From Chloroflexi bacterium RBG_16_56_11 (lineage in GTDB: Bacteria; Chloroflexota; Dehalococcoidia; Dehalococcoidales; RBG-16-60-22): DNA of 64,000 nt. Numbering within the stretch: position 1 is the stretch's first letter; each line of letters starts with the position of its first letter. The notes under the pieces were generated by a model. That model was not told the DNA's origin. It saw only the letters and a program-made list of their open reading frames with translations, and did no database searches. Positions 53,981-63,040 of this stretch are shown piece by piece. The position numbers and the translations under genes are program-made. The stretch covers positions 65,126 through 129,125 of the forward strand of contig MGNQ01000051.1 of NCBI GenBank assembly GCA_001796865.1, in the 5' to 3' direction.

Positions 53981-54784
53981 CTAACGCCCCTTGCCCGACT
54001 CTTTCTTCGTGGCATCGTAAATCTGCTGCGCCTTCTCCGGCGTGGCGTCATCGTGGATTATGGCGCGAATGGCCTTAATCATGGCCACCGGGTGCTCGTT
54101 CTGCCAGATGTTCCGGCCCAGGTTCACGCCGATAGCGCCCTTCTGGATGCCATCATGGACGAACTGGAAGACCTGCATCTCGGTCTCGGTCTGGGGGCCG
54201 CCCGCCATGACGACGGGCACGGGACATCCTTTCACCACCCTCTCGAAGCCTTCGCACCAGTAAGTCTTGACGATACGGGCGCCAAGCTCGGCGGTGATGC
54301 GGCAGGCCAGGGCCAGGTAGCGGGCATCCCGCTTTTCCATCTCCCTCCCCACCGCGGTGACGGCCATGACTGGGATGCCGTATTTTTCGCCTTCGTTGAC
54401 GAGGCGGGACAGGTTGAGAAGCGAGTCTTTCTCATAGCTGGTGCCGATAAAGACGGAGAGACCCATGGCCGAGGCGTTGAGGCGGATGACCTCATCGATA
54501 TCCGTGGTAATGCCCTCGTTGGCGAGGTCGGCCCCGACCATGCTGGTACCACCGGAGACGCGTAAAATAATCGGCTTGGCCCCGGACGGGTCAATACACG
54601 AGCGCAGGACGCCCCGGGTGACGAAGACGCCGTCCGCATACGGCATTATCGGCTCAAGAGTTTTACCCGGTTGCTCCAGCATGCGGGTGGGCCCCTGAAA
54701 ATAACCGTGGTCGATGGGCATGAACAGACAGCGCCCATCCGACGGTATTAACCGGGCCAGACGGTTAGCCATTCCCCATTCCAT
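53981..54784 (-). CDS. DhnA/LsrF-type class I aldolase family protein
   Basis: 267 aa. FMPIDHGYFQGP, ILRVSGG and a Lys-containing VKTYW segment are typical of the DeoC/LacD-DhnA aldolase family. Confidence 0.7.
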   Translation of the reverse strand: MEWGMANRLARLIPSDGRCLFMPIDHGYFQGPTRMLEQPGKTLEPIMPYADGVFVTRGVLRSCIDPSGAKPIILRVSGGTSMVGADLANEGITTDIDEVIRLNASAMGLSVFIGTSYEKDSLLNLSRLVNEGEKYGIPVMAVTAVGREMEKRDARYLALACRITAELGARIVKTYWCEGFERVVKGCPVPVVMAGGPQTETEMQVFQFVHDGIQKGAIGVNLGRNIWQNEHPVAMIKAIRAIIHDDATPEKAQQIYDATKKESGKGR

Positions 54785-54914
54785 CGCCGGTCATCCTCCT
54801 AAAAGCAAACGTCATCTCTAATTTATGTGATGAAGGCGGCTTTGTCAAACGAGGTTCCTTTTATGAAATGGACTCCTATAATGTGGCCAACCAACAGGGA
54901 CGGCAATTGCGGGA

Positions 54915-54943
54915 TAGACAGGTAACAGCGGGTATGCCATAAT
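54915..54943 (+). promoter_or_regulatory. Candidate promoter TAGACA-17-CATAAT upstream of the TIR fusion gene
   Basis: TAGACA at 54915-54920, a 17-nt spacer, CATAAT at 54938-54943, about 50 nt before the ATG at 54994. Confidence 0.35.
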
Positions 54944-54993
54944 ACTGGCCAGAATTCGCCTTGAGGTTAGATAGCGTAAAGGGATAGCCACGT

Positions 54994-57672
54994 ATGGCTC
55001 ACGATATTTTTATTTGCTTTTCATCACTGGACAGGGCGGTAGCGGACGCCGTATGCACGCTATTGGAGACGAGGGGGATAAAGTGCTGGATAGCCCCGCG
55101 AGACGTCCCGCCCGGCAAATGGGGCGGAGCTATCATGGAGGCGGTTGCTCAGGCTCGCATTATGGTCCTGATTTTCTCGGTTAATTCGAACACGTCGGCT
55201 AATTGCCTTTCCGAAGTACACACTGCTTTCAGTAAAAATATTACAATAATTCCTCTGAGAATCGATAGCGCGACCCCATCTGGAGACATGGAATATTATC
55301 TTCAGACATACCACTGGCTGGATGCCCGTATGCCACCACTGGAAAACCAACTCAAGAAGTTAGCCAGCACGGTGGAAGGCATGCTGACAGAAGCTGCCGC
55401 CAAAGAGAAAACCAGGGAAGCTGAGTCCCGAGCCAGGCAGTCTGCCGAAGAAGCGACTCAAAAAAAGGAACTTCAGGAAGCGGAACCGGCCGGTACCAGG
55501 CAGGTTGAAGCTCAATCCATCGGGCCTCCCGCGGTGCCAAAAAAAATAGCTAAACTCCGCTGGCTCTGGTCGGGTATCGCGCTTTCACTGGCCGGTCTGG
55601 GCGCGGCATGGTTTTTCGCCCTTTTGTGGGGCACCGGCCTGGGAGGCGCGGAATGGCCGGAGCAGGAAACGTGGTACATGCTGTTTTTATACACGCTGAC
55701 GGGCATCGTTGTCGCTCTACCGGGGGTATGTTTCATACGGCGGGGCATTACCGGGTATTTCCTTAATAACCCTGCCAACGACAAAATATCAAAATGGTGG
55801 TGGTTCTTGCCGGTGGCCCTGGGTTTTATCGGGGGTGTTTCCGCCTGGTTAAAAAATAAAAACGTGAACTGGCGCCAGGCCAGGAACATGCTGACCGCGG
55901 GCATCCTGCTGACGTTAATCTTTACGGCGATTCCTTTAAAAGCGGGAGAACCCAAAATCCCACCGCCGGAAACGCCGATAGTAACGGCCCCTGGACCAAC
56001 TCCCACGCAAACCGTGGTAACGCCGCCGCCGACAACATCACCTCCGCCGACTGTGCCACCGGAAACCACGTTACCGGTGACGACGACACCACCGACAATT
56101 ACACCCGCACCGCCTCCAGAAATCACGGCGCTAGTTACAACAACACCAACCACAACAACCCCGGCTACAACAACACCAGTAAAAGTAGCCCCGTATGGCA
56201 CGATACGCATCGCCACTGCTGAATTCAGCTATGAATCGACTGACCCCATTTATTACGATTCATTCTGGGGCTGGTCGATGTACGACAGCCTCATCTCCTA
56301 TGATGCCGATGGGAACTATATCCCCCAGGTAGCGGAAAGCTGGTCGTTGAGCCCTGATGGCAACACCTGGACCTTTAAAATCCGCAAAGACATCAAGTTC
56401 CACAACGGCGACCCGCTGACGGCGCTCGATGTCAAGTTCTCCGTCGACCGATTTGCTTCAAAAGAGTCGACGAACCCCTGGTCGCCCTACCTCCGCAACA
56501 ACCTCAATCACACCGAGGTCACGGACGACTATACCTTCGTGTATGTGACCAACAAACCCGAGCCGCCGCTGGTAGTGCCCTTTGCCTTGACGCGCATCCT
56601 GCCCAAAAAGTATTTCGAGCGAGTCGGACAGGATGAATTCCGCAGGGCCCCGGTTGGCTCCGGTCCATGGAAATTCGTCAAACATGTCCCGGAGACGAGT
56701 TTCAAAATGGAAGCCAATATAAATTACTGGGGCCAGGTCCCCGCTTACCAATACGTCTGGGAAGCCCAAGTGCCGGAAGAATCGACCCGTATCGCCATGC
56801 TCAAGAGAGGCGAGGTAGACATAATCCAGGGGCTCTCATACGACTCGATTAAGGACCTGGTGAACGAGGGATACAGAACGGGAACTATCGGGCTCCCTAC
56901 CCTATCCAACATCAGTTTCCAGGGTACCTGGTTACAGCAGGCCGGGCCGACCGGAGACATCCGTATCCGCCAGGCCATGTCTTATGCCCTCAATCGCCAG
57001 GAAATCGTCGATACCTGGTTCCGGGGCTTCGGCAAACCGGGAGGCCAGTGGTGGATGCATCCGGGGAGCTACGGGTACACCGATGCCTTGGCGGCCGACC
57101 CGTTCGATCCGGACAAAGCCAGACAGTTGCTGGCGCAAGCCGGATATCCGGGTAAGTTCCTTGACCCGACCATCCACATCTACGCCACTGCCGCCACAGG
57201 CTCGACAGGGGGGCAGGACTACGTGACATTACTCACGGGCTACTGGGAAAAGGTTGGCCTTCAGGTTAAGCTGGAGGTTGTAGATTTAACGGTGTTTTCC
57301 ACCTATTTCTTCAGCTTCAACAGGTTGAAGGGGGGTGAGCCGAACGTAGGATGGATTGTCCCCTGGACATACCCAAGTGTCTTTAACTCCACCTACCACG
57401 CAGCCAACATGTACCTTTCGACCGGCGTGCATAACACCGGGAATGACCCGAAAGCGGACGAGCTCTATAAAAAAGCTACCGCCGAACTCGACCCCATAAA
57501 GGCCAGGCAGTACTACGCAGAGTTCCAGATTTATGCCCGTTCCATGTACGTCAACGTCGGAATCGCTAACGTAGACTCCCTTGTGCTCGTAAGCCCGGAT
57601 CTGGGAGAATTTACCGGCAAAAATTGGATGAGCCTTTACGATGCTTCTAACGGCATCCAGCATAAGAAATAA
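54994..57672 (+). CDS. TIR domain - membrane block - Pro/Thr linker - family-5 solute-binding domain fusion protein
   Basis: aa 1-115 form a TIR_2-type domain: DIFICFSSLDRAVADAV..GIKCWIAPRDVPPG..IMVLIFS..SANCLSEVHTA..IIPLRI..YHWLDA. aa 120-185 form a charged helix. aa 188-315 hold four hydrophobic segments. aa 318-398 form a P/T-rich linker. aa 399-892 form an SBP_bac_5-type domain: ..YIPQVAESWSLSPDGNTWTFKIRKDIKFHNGDPLTALDVKFS.. Confidence 0.8.
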   Translation: MAHDIFICFSSLDRAVADAVCTLLETRGIKCWIAPRDVPPGKWGGAIMEAVAQARIMVLIFSVNSNTSANCLSEVHTAFSKNITIIPLRIDSATPSGDMEYYLQTYHWLDARMPPLENQLKKLASTVEGMLTEAAAKEKTREAESRARQSAEEATQKKELQEAEPAGTRQVEAQSIGPPAVPKKIAKLRWLWSGIALSLAGLGAAWFFALLWGTGLGGAEWPEQETWYMLFLYTLTGIVVALPGVCFIRRGITGYFLNNPANDKISKWWWFLPVALGFIGGVSAWLKNKNVNWRQARNMLTAGILLTLIFTAIPLKAGEPKIPPPETPIVTAPGPTPTQTVVTPPPTTSPPPTVPPETTLPVTTTPPTITPAPPPEITALVTTTPTTTTPATTTPVKVAPYGTIRIATAEFSYESTDPIYYDSFWGWSMYDSLISYDADGNYIPQVAESWSLSPDGNTWTFKIRKDIKFHNGDPLTALDVKFSVDRFASKESTNPWSPYLRNNLNHTEVTDDYTFVYVTNKPEPPLVVPFALTRILPKKYFERVGQDEFRRAPVGSGPWKFVKHVPETSFKMEANINYWGQVPAYQYVWEAQVPEESTRIAMLKRGEVDIIQGLSYDSIKDLVNEGYRTGTIGLPTLSNISFQGTWLQQAGPTGDIRIRQAMSYALNRQEIVDTWFRGFGKPGGQWWMHPGSYGYTDALAADPFDPDKARQLLAQAGYPGKFLDPTIHIYATAATGSTGGQDYVTLLTGYWEKVGLQVKLEVVDLTVFSTYFFSFNRLKGGEPNVGWIVPWTYPSVFNSTYHAANMYLSTGVHNTGNDPKADELYKKATAELDPIKARQYYAEFQIYARSMYVNVGIANVDSLVLVSPDLGEFTGKNWMSLYDASNGIQHKK

Positions 57673-57785
57673 CGAGACAGTTTTTACCAAACCTCCTACA
57701 CTGCCGACAGTTCCAGTGGGGGCTTATCCGCTGGCGAACAGAACTGGTCTGGATGGAAAAGCACTGATTAAAAACAAACCCTGCC

Positions 57786-57815
57786 TTGACAGCATTACGG
57801 GTAAAAGACTATACT
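57786..57815 (+). promoter_or_regulatory. Near-consensus promoter TTGACA-18-TATACT for the small membrane-protein gene
   Basis: TTGACA at 57786-57791 and TATACT at 57810-57815. GGAGGG RBS at about 57831, TTG start at 57843. Confidence 0.45.
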
Positions 57816-57842
57816 CATTGCCAAACAACGGAGGGAAAACGG

Positions 57843-58085
57843 TTGGGCGTCATCGGTCTTATCATCAGCCTGATAGCGGTATTTTTCCTGATGATAGGGT
57901 TATTGCCGTTCCTGTGGTGGTTCAACCTTTTGACCACATTACCAGCCGCCCTGCTGGGAATAATAATCAGCGGTATCGCGGTGGCGCGTTCGCGGAGAGG
58001 CGCCGCGGTAACGGGCCTCATCATCAGCCTGGCGGTCTTTGCCATCGCCATCGTGAGAATGATAATCGGGGGAGGGGTCCTCTAG
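57843..58085 (+). CDS. Small integral membrane protein (DUF4190-like, internally duplicated)
   Basis: 80 aa from TTG 57843. There are two similar halves, GVIGLIISLIAVFFLMIG and AVTGLIISLAVFAIAIVRMIIG. ORF-track start 57786 lies inside the -35 box. Confidence 0.55.
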   Translation: MGVIGLIISLIAVFFLMIGLLPFLWWFNLLTTLPAALLGIIISGIAVARSRRGAAVTGLIISLAVFAIAIVRMIIGGGVL

Positions 58086-58117
58086 TCCCAGACGCATGAA
58101 AGTGCGTAACCGAAGAC

Positions 58118-58262
58118 CGCTCGCCCTGGTTCCACTGAGTCACCACGAAGTGAGCCTGCCTGCGGGCCGAAACGCCCTGCGGCGGGTAGGCCTGTCGAAG
58201 GGCGCCGCTCGTAGTTCGACAAGCGTTCGACCGAGCTCACGCCGAGGTCTCACCATGAGCGG
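58118..58262. repeat. Family-A long element, inverted copy of 1950-2066 with an internal insertion
   Basis: Termini cgctcgccctggttccactgagtcaccacgaagtgagc and gcgttcgaccgagctcacgccgaggtctcaccatgagc each match the reverse complement of 1950-2066 with one mismatch. Confidence 0.85.
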
Positions 58263-58290
58263 TCAATAATTACACGTTTTGCACCTAGTA

Positions 58291-58794
58291 CTAATCTATT
58301 CTCTTGAACTTGTTGCGGGGCGAGCCGCAGATGGGGCACCTGTCCGGTGCGGAGCCTTCCACGGTATTGCCGCAGACCTGGCAGACATAGTAAGGCTCGT
58401 CGCCGTGCTGTTTCCCCGCCGTGAGGTCTTTGAGCATCTCCTCGAAAAGACCATGATGAATCCGCTCTACCTGGTTGGCGAGATCGAAGCTGCGCCCCGC
58501 CGGTTGATTGTTCTCTTTCCTGGCGACGTCGATGAAACCCGGGTACATCTTGGTAAACTCGTAGTTTTCCCCGCCGATGGCCGCCTTGAGGTTATCTTTT
58601 TCCGACTTTATTTCGCCGAGCACTTTGAGGTGGTTGCGGGCATGGACGGTCTCCGCCTCAGCGGCGGCGCGGAAGAGCCGGGCAACCGCCTTATTCCCCG
58701 CCTCGTCGGCCTTTTCGGCGAAGAAAAGGTACTTGCGGTTGGCCTGGCTTTCGCCGGAGAAGGCCGCCTCCAGGTTCTCTTTGGTATTGGCCAT
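58291..58794 (-). CDS. rbr: Rubrerythrin
   Basis: 167 aa. An N-terminal ferritin-like diiron domain (ESQANRKY, EAETVHARNH) and a C-terminal rubredoxin-like CQVCGN...CPICGS. Confidence 0.9.
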   Translation of the reverse strand: MANTKENLEAAFSGESQANRKYLFFAEKADEAGNKAVARLFRAAAEAETVHARNHLKVLGEIKSEKDNLKAAIGGENYEFTKMYPGFIDVARKENNQPAGRSFDLANQVERIHHGLFEEMLKDLTAGKQHGDEPYYVCQVCGNTVEGSAPDRCPICGSPRNKFKRID

Positions 58795-58818
58795 ATTTTG
58801 CCTCCTTGCACATCGTTA

Positions 58819-58847
58819 ATAGTATTTCGCTATAAAAATGATAGCAA
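58819..58847 (-). promoter_or_regulatory. rbr promoter TTGCTA-17-TACTAT overlapped by a 13-nt motif that is repeated 66 bp upstream (candidate Fur/PerR-type operator)
   Basis: On the minus strand, TTGCTA lies at compl. 58842-58847 and TACTAT at compl. 58819-58824. The motif tataaaaatgata occurs at 58831-58843 and again at 58897-58909. Confidence 0.4.
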
Positions 58848-58918
58848 ATACCTGGGGTAATAAAAAAGGGGGACAGCCACGCCAAAACACTGATTTTATA
58901 AAAATGATACGCGGTAAG

Positions 58919-59713
58919 TCACGAAGGTAAAACCAGCACCAGGCTGATTTGAGTGGGCACCTCGACGACCCTGTCCAGGTCGCCGTATTGGTCCAGCAGT
59001 TCCCCCTCCAATTTTTCCACCACCTCCCGGTGCACCGCTTCAGGGACCTGATTAGTCGAGGAGTAATACCGGTTCTTAATATCGTTGAAGGCTTTATCAA
59101 CGCTGATCCGCTGATTCCACTTCCAGCGGTTATCGACTTTTTCGATACGGCGACCCAGGCTCCTCAAATAATCGTCACGCTCCGCGTCGTCGGTGACGCC
59201 GATATGTCTGGCCGGAAAACCGTGTGCGGTGCATATCTCCCGGTACCTGGTCTTGATAGCGGGGACCTCGGCGCCACTACCGGTCCAGAGCATAATCAAC
59301 GGGGCGCCCGGCCGGAGCACCCTGAGGGTTTCAGCGAGAGCTTTTTTCCAATCGCGAACCAGATGGTAGATGTGGACGGCGACGGCGATGTGAAAAGCGG
59401 CATCGGGGAATGGCAGGGCGGTAACATCGGCTTTTTGAAATGTTACCGGCAGTGGCGGGTTCCTCTTGCGGAGTTTTTCAGCCAGAACTTTCAGCATTTC
59501 ATCCGAAATATCCACGCCGGTAACATGATAACCTCTCTCGGCTAGGGGAATCGCAATCCTGCCCGTCCCTATCCCCGGCTCAAACAGCGTGGTAAACCGG
59601 GATGGAGGAAATTCTCCGGTAATAAAGTCCAGGGCAGCCCCAAAACAGGCGCTATCGAAGACACGGGTTTCATCAAATATCCCGGCCATGGAGTCGAAAG
59701 AATTTGATTCCAT
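58919..59713 (-). CDS. Class I SAM-dependent methyltransferase
   Basis: LFEPGIGTGRIAIPLA motif I and LRPGAPLIM. I prefer the start at MESNSFD. Confidence 0.75.
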   Translation of the reverse strand: MESNSFDSMAGIFDETRVFDSACFGAALDFITGEFPPSRFTTLFEPGIGTGRIAIPLAERGYHVTGVDISDEMLKVLAEKLRKRNPPLPVTFQKADVTALPFPDAAFHIAVAVHIYHLVRDWKKALAETLRVLRPGAPLIMLWTGSGAEVPAIKTRYREICTAHGFPARHIGVTDDAERDDYLRSLGRRIEKVDNRWKWNQRISVDKAFNDIKNRYYSSTNQVPEAVHREVVEKLEGELLDQYGDLDRVVEVPTQISLVLVLPS

Positions 59714-59739
59714 AAACCACCCCAATACAGATGAATAAT

Positions 59740-60144
59740 CTACCCTTTGGCCGCGACCATTTTTTTTATGGATTCTACAATCTCAGAGGTAGGCGTTCCC
59801 GGCCCGAAAACAGCTTTGATACCCATTTTTTCAAGGGCGGGGATATCTTCCTCAGGGATAATGCCGCCGGCGATAACGACCACGCCGGACATACCTTTTT
59901 GGTGTAACCCCTCCATCACGTCGGTAAAAAGCTCCAGATGGGCGCCGGAAAGGCAGCTTAGCCCGACAACATCGACGTCCTCCTGGACGGCCGTCTCGAC
60001 AATCATCGGCGGCGTCTGGCGGATGCCGGTGTAGATGACCTCCATACCGGCATCGCGCAGGGCGCGGGCCACCACCTTGGCGCCGCGGTCATGCCCGTCC
60101 AGTCCCGGCTTGGCGATGAGCACCCTGACTTTTTTACGGCTCAT
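59740..60144 (-). CDS. Methylmalonyl-CoA mutase small (cobalamin-binding) subunit
   Basis: 134 aa. [15 protein letters not shown] is the DxHxxG B12-binding motif, followed by GGIIP. Confidence 0.88.
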   Translation of the reverse strand: MSRKKVRVLIAKPGLDGHDRGAKVVARALRDAGMEVIYTGIRQTPPMIVETAVQEDVDVVGLSCLSGAHLELFTDVMEGLHQKGMSGVVVIAGGIIPEEDIPALEKMGIKAVFGPGTPTSEIVESIKKMVAAKG

Positions 60145-60180
60145 AAGAAGTTACTCCCCGTCTTACCATTGAAGTGTCCT

Positions 60181-60338
60181 GTCATTCTGAGCGAAGCGAA
60201 GCATCCGTTCTTTTTTCTGGATTCTTCAGTCGCTACGCTCCTTCAATGACGTACCCCCCAGCAAGCTGGGGGGCATCTCGGGTAAGGAAGCGACCCCACC
60301 ACCAGGTCATCTACGAGGCCGCTTTCCTCCCCTCAGCA
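60181..60338. repeat. Family-A element plus two 20-nt hairpins with an identical AGCAAGCT centre
   Basis: gtcattctgagcgaagcgaagcatcc...ggattcttcagtcgctacgctccttcaatgac (60181-60249), then ccccccagcaagctgggggg (60254-60273) and cccctcagcaagctgagggg (60319-60338). Confidence 0.85.
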
Positions 60339-60375
60339 AGCTGAGGGGTATCCAGCGGAGTTTGTTATGACATGG

Positions 60376-60783
60376 TTAATGCCCCTTTCTCGGCTGCACC
60401 AGCTCCACGAGGACACCGTTGACGGACCCGGGATGAAGGAAGCCGATTTGTCCCGCCACCCCCTCCCTCCCCTCTTTATCGATAAGCCGGACGCCTTTGG
60501 CCTCCATCGCTTTCAGCTCCCGGTCAACGTCATCCACTTCGAAGGCGACGTGGTGCAGGCCTTCCCCGCGTTTTTCCAGGAATTTCGCCACGGCGCTGTC
60601 CGGGCCGGTCGGTTCGAGGAGATTTAGCTCCACTTCCTCGCCGAACTTGAAAACGGCCTCGGTCACTTTCTGGCAGGGGGCGGCGGTGATGTGCGCATTG
60701 ACGCCGAGCAGTTTCTCAAAAAGTGCCGTGCTTTCTTTGAGGTTTTTTACGGCTATCCCGATGTGATGGACGCGCTTAATCAT
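60376..60783 (-). CDS. Methylmalonyl-CoA epimerase (VOC family)
   Basis: 135 aa. HHIGIAVKNL ... GEGLHHVAFEVDD ... in a mutase context. Confidence 0.85.
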   Translation of the reverse strand: MIKRVHHIGIAVKNLKESTALFEKLLGVNAHITAAPCQKVTEAVFKFGEEVELNLLEPTGPDSAVAKFLEKRGEGLHHVAFEVDDVDRELKAMEAKGVRLIDKEGREGVAGQIGFLHPGSVNGVLVELVQPRKGH

Positions 60784-60807
60784 TTATAGTTGACTCCATA
60801 AACTCGT

Positions 60808-60920
60808 GTCATTCCGAACCCTCGCACTACGCTCAGGGTAAACTCAGTGAAGAATCCGTTACCTTTATAAGAACGGATTCTTCGGTCGTCCCGACTTTGT
60901 CGGGGCTCCCTCAGAATGAC
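60808..60920. repeat. Family-A palindromic element
   Basis: gtcattccgaaccctcgcactacgctcagggtaaactcagtgaagaatccgtt ... acggattcttcggtcgtcccgactttgtcggggctccctcagaatgac. Confidence 0.85.
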
Positions 60921-60927
60921 AAAACCA

Positions 60928-62566
<1,639 letters not shown>

Positions 62567-62580
<14 letters not shown>

Positions 62581-63019
62581 TGCCCTTACCCCCGGACTTT
62601 TTCCGGCAATCATTACAAAGGCCGAAGATGCCCACATGTCTTAGCTCGGCCGCGAAAGCATAATCACGCAAGAGGATATTACGCAGCGAGGAAAGGGTAG
62701 CCTCATCGATATAAACGACCCGGTTGCAACCCTGACAGACCAGGTGGTGATGGTGCCCGCTGCTCTCGGCGTGGTAACGGATACGTCCTTCACCCAGGTC
62801 GATTTCGAAGACCATGCCCAGCCGCTTGAGCAACTCCAGGGTGCGGTAGACCGTAGAGATATTGACATGCGGGTATTTGGCGGCCACCTGGGCGTAGATT
62901 TCCTCGGCGCTGATGTGGTCGGCGCTGCCTTCGATGGCGGCAAGAATCATGAGGCGCTGGGGCGTGAGGCGGTAGCCTTTATCACCCAGCCGGCCGATGA
63001 TGCTGCTTTTTTCGTGCAT
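62567..63019 (-). CDS. Fur-family metalloregulator (Fur/Zur/PerR not distinguishable)
   Basis: 150 aa. [24 protein letters not shown] (wHTH), [13 protein letters not shown] and CNDC zinc motifs. Confidence 0.85.
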
Positions 63020-63040
63020 TATCCCTCGATTTTTTTACAG

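Noticed and set aside
52954-54784. Aldolase + Zn-ADH pair, considered as the missing aldolase/reductase steps of a DHAP-shunt for methylthioadenosine salvage linked to mtnP/mtnA at 9-12.6 kb.
   Set aside because: The aldolase looks like the DhnA/LsrF class I type, not the class II fuculose-phosphate-aldolase-like Ald2 used in the described shunt. The genes are 40 kb from mtnA/mtnP on the opposite strand. This is too speculative without similarity searches.
55945-56187. Repetitive ACC/CCG-rich tract that looks like a DNA tandem repeat.
   Set aside because: It is in frame within the TIR-SBP ORF and encodes a Pro/Thr linker (TPPPTTSPPPTVPPETT...). It is low-complexity coding sequence, not a regular tandem repeat or array.
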